DNA of 64,000 nt from a virus: IMG/VR virus record IMGVR_UViG_3300024257_000005, positions 41,678 to 105,677 of that record; one strand, given 5' to 3'. Position numbers and translations under genes: made by a program. Below, piece after piece: positions 29,633 through 39,740 of the stretch (positions are counted from its first letter, which is position 1; each line of letters opens with the position of its first letter). Under the pieces are notes generated by a model. It saw nothing but the letters and a program-made list of their open reading frames with translations, did not search any database and had not been told where the DNA came from.

Positions 29633-29665
29633 AACTGTTTCATTGTACGCTGATATTGTTATATT
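29633..29665 (+). promoter_or_regulatory. early promoter
   Basis: AACTGTTTCAT..TATATT. Confidence 0.7.
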
Positions 29666-29691
29666 GATTCAACAAAATAAAGGGTTTCATA

Positions 29692-29907
29692 ATGGACTAT
29701 AAAGGCTTAGAAAAATTAAACAATGAGCTGGCTGTTAATCAGTCTGAATATTCTCATGATTATTTAGTATCAGTTGGAGATGGATTTCAAATGATTGAAG
29801 ATAAGTCGGGTTTTTGGTTACATGATCTAAGAGGAATGGATGCTGTGACTTATGGCCCATTCGATTCATTAGAAGAATTAAATGAAGAAACAAAGGATAT
29901 CGACTAA
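29692..29907 (+). CDS. hypothetical protein
   Basis: Behind promoter. Confidence 0.6.
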   Translation: MDYKGLEKLNNELAVNQSEYSHDYLVSVGDGFQMIEDKSGFWLHDLRGMDAVTYGPFDSLEELNEETKDID

Positions 29908-30110
29908 TGGATAAGAAATTACCAAACAACTGGAAGCTTATCAAAACGGATGGATCACCAGTACAAGAAGAGCCGGTCGTTCCTGCAGACAATTTTGTTC
30001 AAACAATTGCTGCAAATGTAGATAATACAGGAGCAACTGATGCAGAATTCAGAGAATTTATCAGAAACACATTACCGATTGTTATCTATGATCGTAATGA
30101 AAACGAATAA
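29907..30110 (+). CDS. hypothetical protein
   Basis: TAATG coupling. Confidence 0.55.
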   Translation: MDKKLPNNWKLIKTDGSPVQEEPVVPADNFVQTIAANVDNTGATDAEFREFIRNTLPIVIYDRNENE

Positions 30111-30129
30111 ACAAAGAAAGAGGTTACAA

Positions 30130-30327
30130 ATGAACGCATTGATTCAATTAATTTTTGGTGGAATTGGTTTAGTACTGGCCATATTTTTATCGTCATTCGT
30201 ACTTGCAATCCCTATGATGCATTTATGGAACTGGTTGATTGTTACTTATCTCGCTATTGCTCCAGTTACATACTGGCAGGCATGGAGCTTAACAGCAGTC
30301 TTATCATTCTTGATCAAAGGTAAATAA
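30130..30327 (+). CDS. small membrane protein
   Basis: Hydrophobic; LWNW..VTYWQA. Confidence 0.6.
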   Translation: MNALIQLIFGGIGLVLAIFLSSFVLAIPMMHLWNWLIVTYLAIAPVTYWQAWSLTAVLSFLIKGK

Positions 30328-30330
30328 TCT

Positions 30331-30404
30331 GCTCCCGTAGCTCAACTGGATAGAGCAACGGTTTTCTACACCGTAGGTTGGGGGTTCGAATCCCTCCGGG
30401 AGTA
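30331..30404 (+). tRNA. tRNA-Arg(TCT)
   Basis: Loop TTTCTAC; A20. Confidence 0.94.
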
Positions 30405-30724
30405 CTGTAACACTATTTCCGATCATTAACAAAGCAAATGTTACATAACATAAGAAATGTTACAAGGAGTCTATATGAGTTTCTTAATTAAATTCAAACA
30501 TCAGATATATTGTCAGGGGTATGAAAATACCTGGGATACTGTACTCGTCAGAAGTGCAATTGATTTTGATGATGCATGTGCTCAACTTCGTGTCAAATAT
30601 GACAATGCACAATATTTTAAAAATATGACTGTTTAGTGGAATATTTTATACTGATCATATATTGGGCTGGATGGATCATTGCTGGAAGTGTCATACTGTG
30701 TGATTTCGTCAAAAAGTTTACAAA

Positions 30725-30799
30725 GGGCCGGTAGCTCAGTCTGGTTAGAGCAACCGACTCATAATCGGCAGGTCGCAGGTTCGAATCCTGCCCGGCCCA
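30725..30799 (+). tRNA. tRNA-CAT (Ile2 or Met)
   Basis: Loop CTCATAA; Ile2-like GGGCC acceptor. Confidence 0.88.
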
Positions 30800-30819
30800 C
30801 AAAACAAAGAGGAGTCAAT

Positions 30820-31083
30820 TTGAGCTCATATGAAGATGTAAAAAAAGAATTTATGAGGCTATGTATTTACCATGGATTAGAAATTCCCGGCATTGCCCCC
30901 TCATTTAGAACTGATAAATGCGACACAACATGCCCACCAATTTATGTAAGAATAAAAGAGCAAGATTGTGAATCGATATATCATGCAAGACATTTGTTTG
31001 GACACTATTTGGCAGACCTTCATGATAATAATGATGAAGCTGCAGATATTGTTGCAGACATCATAGCTGGACTAATAAAATAA
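30820..31083 (+). CDS. hypothetical protein
   Basis: SD GAGGAG; TTG start. Confidence 0.5.
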   Translation: MSSYEDVKKEFMRLCIYHGLEIPGIAPSFRTDKCDTTCPPIYVRIKEQDCESIYHARHLFGHYLADLHDNNDEAADIVADIIAGLIK

Positions 31084-31085
31084 TT

Positions 31086-31174
31086 GGAGGAATCGACATT
31101 GGTACGTCAAGCACTTTGCTAAAGTGTGGCTCGGTAACTCCGAGTTGCTGGTTCAAATCCTGCTTCCTCCGCCA
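31086..31174 (+). tRNA. tRNA-Ser(GCT)
   Basis: Loop TTGCTAA; long arm; encoded CCA. Confidence 0.9.
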
Positions 31175-31361
31175 ATAAAATAAAGGGTAGTATTATGAAA
31201 ACAGAATATGTAGAAAAAGCTTTAAAGAGAATTGAAAATTTGAATAGCGATCTTTATAATGTAAATCTTGATCCTCTCGTTAGGGCAGCTATCAAGGTTG
31301 AATTGGAAAATATGTTTGACACTATTCCAGAAGGCTTCACGCCCTTACATTATTAATTATT

Positions 31362-31432
31362 GCAGGATTAGTATAGTGGTAATACGTGTGCTTGCCAAGC
31401 ATGAGTCAGGAGTTCGAGTCTCCTATCCCGCA
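31362..31432 (+). tRNA. tRNA-Gly(GCC)
   Basis: Loop TTGCCAA. Confidence 0.9.
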
Positions 31433-31457
31433 CAAACATAAAACGAAAGGTTATAAA

Positions 31458-31820
31458 ATGAGCGACAAATTTGAAAAACTTGATGGTATGGTCAAGAGAG
31501 TTAATAACATTGTTGATGCTAACGTTAGAATACAGAAGGCAATATTCGAAAACAATCTCGACACATTAGATCTTGCAACTGTTTCACAAATCCTTAACGA
31601 TACAAATACTTTATTAATTGAATTATTTGAACATAGTCTTAGTGAAGCACAAGAAATTGATAAGATGAGGAAAGATCACATCAAGACGCTAACTGATTTC
31701 GTAGCAACACTGGATAAACAAAAAGATCTAACAGCTCTTTCAAAATTGATTGCTAGAGAAGAAGGCCGTCAAGAAGGAATTGAAACTGCTCGACTATGGA
31801 CGCGACCTAGTTGGATATAA
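31458..31820 (+). CDS. hypothetical helical protein
   Basis: SD AAAGGT. Confidence 0.6.
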   Translation: MSDKFEKLDGMVKRVNNIVDANVRIQKAIFENNLDTLDLATVSQILNDTNTLLIELFEHSLSEAQEIDKMRKDHIKTLTDFVATLDKQKDLTALSKLIAREEGRQEGIETARLWTRPSWI

Positions 31821-31839
31821 AATAAAGGATTAATATAGA

Positions 31840-32526
31840 ATGAAATTATTTGTATGTGGAGACAATCATTGTCCTATTGACATGAGAAAGCTCAACAGTA
31901 AAAATTGGCCAGAGAAAAAAGAACTCACAAAGGATGATATTTTAGTAGTTCTTGGAGACTGGGGTGTGATCTGGAAAGGTGAGATGGATAATGGTGAAGC
32001 ATATTGGATCAAATGGTTTAATGAGCAGAAATTCACTACAATCATCGTCCCCGGAAATCATGAGAATTGGCACCGATTAAGAGAATATCCTTTAATGACA
32101 AAATTTGGTGGCCGAGTTCGACAGATTAGCGATTCAATTTTTATGGCTGAGAGACCTTCTGTATTAAATATTGAAGGCAAGTCTATATTCTGTTTTGGAG
32201 GTGCTGAATCTCATGACAAAGCATGGAGGACTGAAGGATTGTCTTGGTGGCCAGAAGAAGTTCAGAGCCATGCAGAACAAGAGCTGGCACTAGATATTCT
32301 TGCTGAACATGACTATAAGTTTGACTATGTTTTTACTCACACATGTCCTACTGAGGTTGTTGAGATGATTATTTCGCACAAAGCAAATTGTTCAACTTCA
32401 AGATTTTTATCTCATATTAGAGCAAATATTGAATACGATGAATGGCACTTTGGACACATGCACGAAGATGTCACTTTGGGAAAGTTTCATTGTCACTATA
32501 ACGGCAAGCCTGAGCAAATCATTTAA
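31840..32526 (+). CDS. calcineurin-like metallophosphoesterase
   Basis: GDNH, GDWG, GNHE, THTCP, GHMH. Confidence 0.9.
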   Translation: MKLFVCGDNHCPIDMRKLNSKNWPEKKELTKDDILVVLGDWGVIWKGEMDNGEAYWIKWFNEQKFTTIIVPGNHENWHRLREYPLMTKFGGRVRQISDSIFMAERPSVLNIEGKSIFCFGGAESHDKAWRTEGLSWWPEEVQSHAEQELALDILAEHDYKFDYVFTHTCPTEVVEMIISHKANCSTSRFLSHIRANIEYDEWHFGHMHEDVTLGKFHCHYNGKPEQII

Positions 32527-32529
32527 AAT

Positions 32530-32581
32530 AACTGTTTCATCTGCGCAAGTTAAGTGTATATTACAGCAACAACTAAAGGAG
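32530..32581 (+). promoter_or_regulatory. early promoter/RBS cassette
   Basis: AACTGTTTCAT..TATATT..AAAGGAG. Confidence 0.75.
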
Positions 32582-32587
32582 TAAACA

Positions 32588-32965
32588 ATGAAAGCTGCAG
32601 ATTATATGAACGATAAATTTAAAAGAGCTTTTCAGCCTGATGACGAATCGGGTGCTCTTGCTGCAATGCTGGCAACTGTAAATACCTTGGCCAGTGAAAT
32701 TTCTGAAAATTATTACTCAGATGAAAACACTCCAACTCGTTTTAATATTGAAAAATCTGAACAGATCAAGAAAGCAATTTCAAACTATGAAGATAAGATT
32801 GCTCTCATTAATATTTCAGATCTGACTTTTGCAAAAATGATGGCAAACATCGTGCTTGGTCATTTCATTGAAGCCGTAAAGGTTGTAAGGCAAGACACTG
32901 GAGCAGGACTTAAGAATTCAAAAGAATACTGTGATCAGTTCAAAGAGGCCGCACAGCAAATTTAA
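32588..32965 (+). CDS. protein with ribosomal bL12 C-terminal-like motif
   Basis: IEAVKVVRQDTGAGLKNSKEYCD. Confidence 0.6.
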   Translation: MKAADYMNDKFKRAFQPDDESGALAAMLATVNTLASEISENYYSDENTPTRFNIEKSEQIKKAISNYEDKIALINISDLTFAKMMANIVLGHFIEAVKVVRQDTGAGLKNSKEYCDQFKEAAQQI

Positions 32966-33104
32966 TGGAATTTTTTATACATTAAATTGATTTCCAGTAT
33001 ATAGATATATATTTATATATGTTATTTGAAACAATTAGGTGAGAATGTTCATATATGTGAACTCCTTTCAATGACACAGAATGTTCTCACCGTTATTATT
33101 AAAT

Positions 33105-33178
33105 TGCGGTGAAGAGCAGTCTGGTTGTTCACTTGGTTCATAACCAAGAGGTCGGTGGTTCGAATCCACCCTCCGCTA
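33105..33178 (+). tRNA. initiator-like tRNA-Met(CAT)
   Basis: 1:72 mismatch; loop TTCATAA. Confidence 0.85.
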
Positions 33179-33246
33179 CTAAATGTTTTTTGAAACAAAT
33201 TGAATCTTATTACTCCAATGGTGAGCAATATTGATTCTACAAAATT

Positions 33247-33358
33247 GATGGCTATGGTAGTTCTTCCTTCTAATAACTACGAGAAAATCGGCCGGCCGGG
33301 AAGCCCTTCGGGGACAAAGGCAGCCGATCTGCTAAATCCAGAGTTACCGATTTCCATC
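33247..33358 (+). ncRNA. Y-RNA-like structured RNA, copy 1
   Basis: Terminal stems GATGG/CCATC and GGTAGTTCT/AGAGTTACC; TCCTTCTA linker. Confidence 0.55.
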
Positions 33359-33366
33359 TAAACAAT

Positions 33367-33428
33367 TGAGGCTATATTGATTCTTCCTTCTAAATTATAA
33401 TCGAATATCAGAGTCATTGATTACCTCA
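33367..33428 (+). ncRNA. Y-RNA-like structured RNA, copy 2
   Basis: Same motifs with compensatory changes. Confidence 0.55.
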
Positions 33429-33450
33429 TAACTTTTAAAAAGGAGTTCAC

Positions 33451-35595
33451 ATGAACAACACAATGTTTTTACGTAGACAAAGTAAAGTATGTCTACCTCT
33501 TCACGCAACAATCCGCGACCAAAAACCAAAATATGATTCTATTATTGCAATCCTTACAGTATTGAAAAATATTGAAAGTCTTGGATATACACTATCTAGT
33601 GATTTGCTGAATGTCTTACAGTGGTATTCTGTTGAGGGCATTAGAACATTTTCAACTAGATTGGTAAATGATCTTAAGATGATGCTAGGTGCTGATGTCA
33701 AGTATGAACCAATGTACCCTAACTTTCCAAAACAAGTTATGGAAGCTAGTGATGCAGAATTATTCTTTAATGCTATGATGCACTACTGGGGAAACTGGGC
33801 TGGCCTTAGAATCATGCCAAAATATGATGTAGATAAGAGAGCTGCTCTTCCAAAGAGTGAAATGAAATTAACAGTTATTGAGCTGGGAGACGAACACGAA
33901 TTTCTAACTATTTTCAATAACATGTTGAACACAACTACTTCATTATCAGAACAAGATTTTGAAGATATCACATTCTTTGTGGAAAACTACAAAGACGAAA
34001 TTCTAGAATACATGCCAAATCGTATTACTCATAAAGAAGTATTGTCATTTACTACAAATCTGCTTCTTAAGAATATCACAGATATTCATGCCCTGGGACA
34101 CATTCTATCAAAATCATATTCAACAGCAACTGATATTTTAAGGTTGTCTGTGGCTATGTCTGATGGAGATGTATCATTGTCAGATAATACAAAATTTAGA
34201 AACTTCAATAGACCAGAACGACAGTTCCTATTGGGTCTATTTGATGAATTAAAATTCTATGCAGATGACATCAAACATCGCCGTGAAATCTTTATTAGAC
34301 TTGGTGAGAAACTACACCCAGGAGACTATTCAAATAGATTTGCTCAAGCAGCAGACATATTTAAAAAGACATTCAACGACAACCTTGGTGCTACATTTGC
34401 TGGCAGTATTGAAACAATATTAGCTAAGGGAGAGTTGAGCGATCCTGATATTAGTAATCTTTTATCAATGCTGAAGAACCGCCCAGGTGAGCTTGCAAGA
34501 AAGCTAGATGTTTTGTTAAGAAGAAACACTTATTCAAATTCTCAAAGAGCAGTTTGTCAAGCCTTTGAAGGAGTTGCAAGAAAAGTATCAACTCCAGTAT
34601 TACTACAAGTTCGTAATCACTTTATGAATCGATATAAAGAACTACCAACCGTGATAATGCCAAAGGGTAGAACAGCTAAAACAAAAATTATGCCATTTGA
34701 CAAACCAGAGATCAAAAGATCAGTATGTCAAGAAATTTCAGATATATGTTTGGTTACACTGGTAGATAGATTTTCTAAGCTTGAAACGCTGGGAAATGTA
34801 TTTATTGATGAGAGCCTAAAGGGATATCTTGTACCATTCTCACAACGATCAGCATCAAAATCATTAAAAACTATTGTCCGAGGATCAAGAATCTCATTAT
34901 CAGAATCTCAAGAAGCTGTCCGATTTTTCATCTATTGGAAAGGTGGAAATGTTGATGTAGATTTGAGTGCTGCATTCTTAAAGCCAGACTTCAGCTATCA
35001 CTCTCATGTCTCATATACAAATTTACGCAATGGAGATATGGGCTCTTGTCATAGTGGAGACATCACTTCAGCTCCAAATGGAGCAGCTGAATTTATTGAT
35101 ATTAACATAGAAGCTGCATTGGAGAGTGGAGCAAAATATGTAATGATGAATGTCTATAGTTATAGTGGACAAAAATTTTCAGATATGTCAAAATGCTATG
35201 CTGGATGGATGGATAGAAGCAAAGTCAATAGTGGGGAAATATTTTCACCTCAAACGGTAGCAAATAAAATTGATGTTACTTCAGAGACAAGAGCTGTAAT
35301 GCCACTGGTTATAGATCTTGAAAGCCGTGAGGTTATATGGCTAGATCTTGCAGGAATGTCTTCTAATGGAGGTTGGAGTTCTACTGTTGAGGCAAATATG
35401 GTTGGAATCCAAGCAACAGCATATGCGATGGTAAATATGGTCAAGCCTAATCTCTATGATCTATTTCTTATGCATGGTGTTGGTAGAGGATCTACATTTG
35501 TAGACACAAAAGAAGAAGCTGACACAGTATTTTCAATAGAAGACGGCATAACACCGTTTGCCTTTGATGAAATCATTGGAAATTATTTAGTATAA
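33451..35595 (+). CDS. large helical protein with C-terminal TerD domain (possibly Ro/TROVE-related)
   Basis: DVDLSA, HSGDITSAP, AEFIDI TerD motifs; RPGELARKLD helical region. Confidence 0.75.
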   Translation: MNNTMFLRRQSKVCLPLHATIRDQKPKYDSIIAILTVLKNIESLGYTLSSDLLNVLQWYSVEGIRTFSTRLVNDLKMMLGADVKYEPMYPNFPKQVMEASDAELFFNAMMHYWGNWAGLRIMPKYDVDKRAALPKSEMKLTVIELGDEHEFLTIFNNMLNTTTSLSEQDFEDITFFVENYKDEILEYMPNRITHKEVLSFTTNLLLKNITDIHALGHILSKSYSTATDILRLSVAMSDGDVSLSDNTKFRNFNRPERQFLLGLFDELKFYADDIKHRREIFIRLGEKLHPGDYSNRFAQAADIFKKTFNDNLGATFAGSIETILAKGELSDPDISNLLSMLKNRPGELARKLDVLLRRNTYSNSQRAVCQAFEGVARKVSTPVLLQVRNHFMNRYKELPTVIMPKGRTAKTKIMPFDKPEIKRSVCQEISDICLVTLVDRFSKLETLGNVFIDESLKGYLVPFSQRSASKSLKTIVRGSRISLSESQEAVRFFIYWKGGNVDVDLSAAFLKPDFSYHSHVSYTNLRNGDMGSCHSGDITSAPNGAAEFIDINIEAALESGAKYVMMNVYSYSGQKFSDMSKCYAGWMDRSKVNSGEIFSPQTVANKIDVTSETRAVMPLVIDLESREVIWLDLAGMSSNGGWSSTVEANMVGIQATAYAMVNMVKPNLYDLFLMHGVGRGSTFVDTKEEADTVFSIEDGITPFAFDEIIGNYLV

Positions 35596-35619
35596 CTGAA
35601 ATATAAGAGGATATTTAAA

Positions 35620-35913
35620 ATGAAACCGACATGGAAAAATACACTTTGCATGGATCACATGAAGACTAATTATGGAAATATTTCATTAATATGGAAGAAT
35701 GCACACGATTTAGAATATGAGTATTTTATTCATAATGACATTGTTCATAAGACACATGATGGAATGCCAACTGCATTTACAAAACAAAGCTTAAATGTTA
35801 CAGTTTCTGAAGATTCAGTTAGAGATAGTCTTAAGAAATTTGACACAATGCAGATGAACCTTGGTTCTGAAACAGCAATTAATACAATAGTAAAGGAAAT
35901 ATTTAATGGTTAA
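35620..35913 (+). CDS. hypothetical protein
   Basis: SD GAGG. Confidence 0.6.
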   Translation: MKPTWKNTLCMDHMKTNYGNISLIWKNAHDLEYEYFIHNDIVHKTHDGMPTAFTKQSLNVTVSEDSVRDSLKKFDTMQMNLGSETAINTIVKEIFNG

Positions 35914-36598
35914 GCAAACGAAATATGTGTTGTTCTCTGTTGACGATGCTCATCCAGAACAAGGGTGGTGCAATGGTCGTGATGAACAATCAGAGTATCT
36001 AAATTATTTGAACGAGGAGTTTGGAGCAAAATTTACATTATTTGTTCCAGCCAATTATCATTATAAGTTTCCAGTGAGTGAACATCCAGATTTTTTCAAG
36101 TATTGGAACGATCGGAAAGACTGGGCTGAACTAGCCTCTCATGGATATTCACATTTAATTGCAGGAACTTCTCGAGAAACAGAGTTTGATTCACTTCGAG
36201 AAACTGAAGAGATTAAAGAGAGGTTCAATAAGATTCTATATGAATGGAATCTAATAGGGCATAGGCCAGTTGGATTTAAAACTCCAGGTTGGTTAATTAC
36301 TCGAGAATCATTGCAATGGGCCGAACACTATTTTCAATATGTTGTCTCACACCCAAATCATAGACATGACAATACAATTAATCCACTAACTGAAATGTTT
36401 CATATCGATCTAAACGACAGAGTCATTCTTCATGCACACGCCAACAATTCTAAAATGGCTAGAAATGCAAACAACATCAATGCTGAAAATTTCCAAGGAT
36501 GGAGAGAGCAGATTGTAGAACTGAAGAGACTGTATGATTGTAAATTTATGACATTCTCAGAATATCATAAGGAAATATACGTTGAAAACCTCAGATAA
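35906..36598 (+). CDS. polysaccharide deacetylase (NodB/DUF2334-like)
   Basis: SVDD, ELASHGYSH, FKTPGW. Confidence 0.8.
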   Translation: MVKQTKYVLFSVDDAHPEQGWCNGRDEQSEYLNYLNEEFGAKFTLFVPANYHYKFPVSEHPDFFKYWNDRKDWAELASHGYSHLIAGTSRETEFDSLRETEEIKERFNKILYEWNLIGHRPVGFKTPGWLITRESLQWAEHYFQYVVSHPNHRHDNTINPLTEMFHIDLNDRVILHAHANNSKMARNANNINAENFQGWREQIVELKRLYDCKFMTFSEYHKEIYVENLR

Positions 36599-37235
36599 TA
36601 CTCACATCGGTGAAATAGATCGAGTAGCTACACCCAACACGTCTACGATGATTGACAGATATGCTATCGCATCTCACTGGTGTAAAGACAAGTCCGTACT
36701 TGATGCAGCATGTGGGTATGGCTATGGATCTGGAATATTGCAAGCATTGGGAGCTTCAAGTGTTCATGGAATCGATTTAGATTCAGATGCATGTGATGAA
36801 GCATTTAGACGAATGACATCTAGCCGAATGAAATTTACTGCCATTGATATATTTCAGCTAAAAGAATATTTCAAGTCTCATAAGTTTGATGTATGTACTT
36901 CAATTGAGACGTTTGAGCATCTACCACCAGAACGAATTGGAGAATATCTTCAATCAATTAAGTCGGTTACTAAAGAGACAATTATAATTAGCACTCCAAA
37001 GAGAAAAACTCCAACATGGACATATAATGGAGGAACACATCTCTATGAATATGATCCGCTAGAATTTGGAACCATTCTATATGAAAATTTTCCAGATGAT
37101 GAAATCAAAACATTTGGAATTATTGAAGTTCCACTAGAGCAAGGAAATATCCTTCAGTGGGGAAGTGCTTTAACAACCAACTGGAATGAAAGTTGGATTA
37201 TGCTAGCAGTTATAAATCTGAAAGGAACGGAATAA
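36582..37235 (+). CDS. class I SAM-dependent methyltransferase
   Basis: VLDAACGYGYG, ETFEHL, STP. Confidence 0.88.
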   Translation: MKTSDNTHIGEIDRVATPNTSTMIDRYAIASHWCKDKSVLDAACGYGYGSGILQALGASSVHGIDLDSDACDEAFRRMTSSRMKFTAIDIFQLKEYFKSHKFDVCTSIETFEHLPPERIGEYLQSIKSVTKETIIISTPKRKTPTWTYNGGTHLYEYDPLEFGTILYENFPDDEIKTFGIIEVPLEQGNILQWGSALTTNWNESWIMLAVINLKGTE

Positions 37236-37489
37236 TGTTTGAGAAACAAAAGCAATGGGCAGCAAACACGATCAATAGTATGTTTGGTCAAAAGCAACAC
37301 AATTTTAAGAATGTTTATTCTAAGAATGTCGACATGAGCAAGAAAAGCGATAAAGAGCTTTGCGTATCTTGTGGCGCCGAAACACCTTATAGAAGAGACA
37401 CAAATGTCGCCCTAAGACTATATTATGTTGAAGGAGCTGGACAGCTTTGTGATTCATGTTGGCAACATACTTATATAGGAAACGTTTAA
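37235..37489 (+). CDS. small zinc-finger protein
   Basis: CVSC..YVEGAGQLCDSC. Confidence 0.6.
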   Translation: MFEKQKQWAANTINSMFGQKQHNFKNVYSKNVDMSKKSDKELCVSCGAETPYRRDTNVALRLYYVEGAGQLCDSCWQHTYIGNV

Positions 37490-38082
37490 TGAAAACATTT
37501 GTAACATCTGATCAGCATTTTGGACACGGCAACATTATCAAGCACTGTGAAAGGCCATTCGAGAACAAATATGAAATGGATAAGGTGCTAATAGAAAACT
37601 GGAATAGCGTTGTGGGTCCTCATGATCGAGTAATTGTTGTGGGTGATTTTGCATGGAAAAGGCCTGAAGAATATTTACAAGCACTGAATGGATCAAAAAT
37701 TCTCATTCGTGGCAATCATGATTATAGAGGCCAAGTAAAGGGATATGAATTTATCAAAGATCTATGGGACACAAAAATAGAAGGCCAAAGGGCAGTATTC
37801 TGTCACTATCAATTATCAGAGTGGAATGCCTCCTATCATGGATCATGGCATCTATATGGGCATTCACATGGAAATGCATTTGAACATCAGCATAAATTGT
37901 CATTTGATGTATGTGTTGATCTATGGGATTATAAGCCGGTCGAATGGTCTCAAGTTGTTAAGAAGATGGAAGCAAAAGAGAAGATGAAAAAAGAATACTA
38001 TGAGATATCTGCATCTATTGTTAGAGATCCTCATGCAAATAGAAAAGTTATAGCAGCAATTAATAAAGAATATTGGAGATAG
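37489..38082 (+). CDS. calcineurin-like metallophosphoesterase
   Basis: SDQHFGH, GDF, GNHD, GHSH. Confidence 0.9.
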   Translation: MKTFVTSDQHFGHGNIIKHCERPFENKYEMDKVLIENWNSVVGPHDRVIVVGDFAWKRPEEYLQALNGSKILIRGNHDYRGQVKGYEFIKDLWDTKIEGQRAVFCHYQLSEWNASYHGSWHLYGHSHGNAFEHQHKLSFDVCVDLWDYKPVEWSQVVKKMEAKEKMKKEYYEISASIVRDPHANRKVIAAINKEYWR

Positions 38083-38085
38083 CTA

Positions 38086-38289
38086 ATGGCTAAAATTGAT
38101 AAGATTATTTGGGATAGAATCAACGCACGAGTCTGTCCAATTACTGGAAGACCTTTTAAAAATGACAGAGATGAATTCGACAAAGACACGCCTATTCATC
38201 TCACATATGAAGCTGTTCTGTTCCATTTTAATAAGGTTCAGATAGCAACATGGGTCAATAGAAAATATATTCACTATGAAAATAACTAA
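38086..38289 (+). CDS. hypothetical protein
   Basis: ORF in operon. Confidence 0.5.
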   Translation: MAKIDKIIWDRINARVCPITGRPFKNDRDEFDKDTPIHLTYEAVLFHFNKVQIATWVNRKYIHYENN

Positions 38290-38446
38290 AGAAATATTGA
38301 TTGAGATAGAATTAGAAGATGTCAGAGATCTAATAATCAAAAAATTAATACAGGATCAGATTATATATTCAACCAGCAAAATTGAAATTGAAGAAATTGA
38401 TCTTGGTTCTTATGTGGTAAAAGTAAATAATCGAAAGGAAACATAG

Positions 38447-38983
38447 ATGTCAGACAATCTTAAGCATTTACACGAACAGATTGAGCAGTTGAGAAATGCG
38501 TTCAATCCAAATTTATTAAGCGACGTACTTAATGGATTTTTACAAGTATTAGATGGATCAGCCGGATCTATAACCCGACCAGAAAGTCAAATTGTCCATG
38601 GTGAGAACAAGCTTACACAAGATCAGATGGAAAAAAAGATGGCACTCGCAGGTCAGTCACAGTGGTTAGAGCCAAATTGTGTCTGTTGCGATGTTACAGA
38701 AAACACCAAAATTGATAGACTTCCAAGTAGCACTATGGAAGAAGCAAGATGTGGCCGCTGTAATCATGAACAATGTATGCCCAAAGAATGGTATATTGAT
38801 CAAGTCATTCATGGAGCTCAAATGCAAGCACTGTTCAATAGTGGATATCGAATTTGGGAACTGGGAAATTATATTCCGTTTGCCGAATGGTATCAGATGG
38901 ATGGGAATCAGCAGCTAATTGAAAATGTAGTTCAGCTACAATCAGAGGTTCCGGAGGAAAACTTTAATCCCAATCAGCAATAA
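38447..38983 (+). CDS. hypothetical protein with CxxC pairs
   Basis: SD AAGGA. Confidence 0.6.
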   Translation: MSDNLKHLHEQIEQLRNAFNPNLLSDVLNGFLQVLDGSAGSITRPESQIVHGENKLTQDQMEKKMALAGQSQWLEPNCVCCDVTENTKIDRLPSSTMEEARCGRCNHEQCMPKEWYIDQVIHGAQMQALFNSGYRIWELGNYIPFAEWYQMDGNQQLIENVVQLQSEVPEENFNPNQQ

Positions 38984-39036
38984 AACTGTTTTAGCACGGC
39001 CGTTCACGGGTTATATTCAATCAACAAACAAAAGGA
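38984..39036 (+). promoter_or_regulatory. early promoter/RBS cassette
   Basis: AACTGTTTTA..TATATT..AAAGGAG. Confidence 0.72.
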
Positions 39037-39043
39037 GTTCCAC

Positions 39044-39307
39044 ATGGACGTACGCACCTTCAACAAGTCTCAGATGAATTATTCCGACAACACTTTTTCA
39101 CAAACAGCTGAAAAGCTTGGCCTTGATTATAATGATTTACCTGATGTAATTGAAGTTATTAATGACGAAACACAATTCATGGCTGAATTTAACTCAGCAA
39201 CAAAAGATGGTACAAACACAATTTATACAGTTAGAAATATTTTTAATGGCCGGAAGGTCAAGCTACCTGTAGCGGCAAACAAATTTCACTTAGTAATAGA
39301 GGGATAA
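39044..39307 (+). CDS. hypothetical early protein
   Basis: Behind cassette. Confidence 0.65.
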   Translation: MDVRTFNKSQMNYSDNTFSQTAEKLGLDYNDLPDVIEVINDETQFMAEFNSATKDGTNTIYTVRNIFNGRKVKLPVAANKFHLVIEG

Positions 39308-39322
39308 GAAAAGAGGTTACAG

Positions 39323-39601
39323 ATGAAACTTAAAGTTGGGCGTTGTTACTTAACGAAAAATGACGATGTTGTAATCATCACAGGGTATCAGCCACACAAA
39401 AAATTCAACAAATATATTGGGTATGCTGTCAGGAAAAGCGACATAGAGAAAACGACTTATATTCGCATGTCGCCAATTATGTCTTGGGGAGAAAACGGAG
39501 ACTACTATTGGAGTGGGTGGGATTCAAAGCACGATCTTCTTGTAATCGCCCAACCTAGCTTACAGCCTCTTCTTCAACTTGACATGATCAAGATAATATA
39601 A
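39323..39601 (+). CDS. hypothetical protein
   Basis: SD GAGGT. Confidence 0.6.
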   Translation: MKLKVGRCYLTKNDDVVIITGYQPHKKFNKYIGYAVRKSDIEKTTYIRMSPIMSWGENGDYYWSGWDSKHDLLVIAQPSLQPLLQLDMIKII

Positions 39602-39740
39602 TGTTTAGAAATATGCTATGCTGGTTAGGCTTACATAACTGGCTATACGGGAAATACAGGTGGACAAGAGTATGCTGGAACTGTAAAAGCGATCAGTATA
39701 TGACGACATTAAACGGTTTTAAAATATGGAATGACAAGTA

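Noticed and set aside
26996-31457. ORFs 26996..27283 and 29464..29667, and the 5' extensions of 30679 and 31386
   Set aside because: They are translations of tRNA genes.
33019-33102. Leaderless 27-codon ORF with two TGAs after a late promoter motif
   Set aside because: The ATG overlaps a boxA-like motif and the region folds as an RNA hairpin; coding cannot be supported, though it is not excluded.
23400-33200. Theta/HDV-like ribozymes 3' of tRNAs
   Set aside because: No clear P1/P3/L3/J4-2 pattern could be identified by eye; a motif search is needed.
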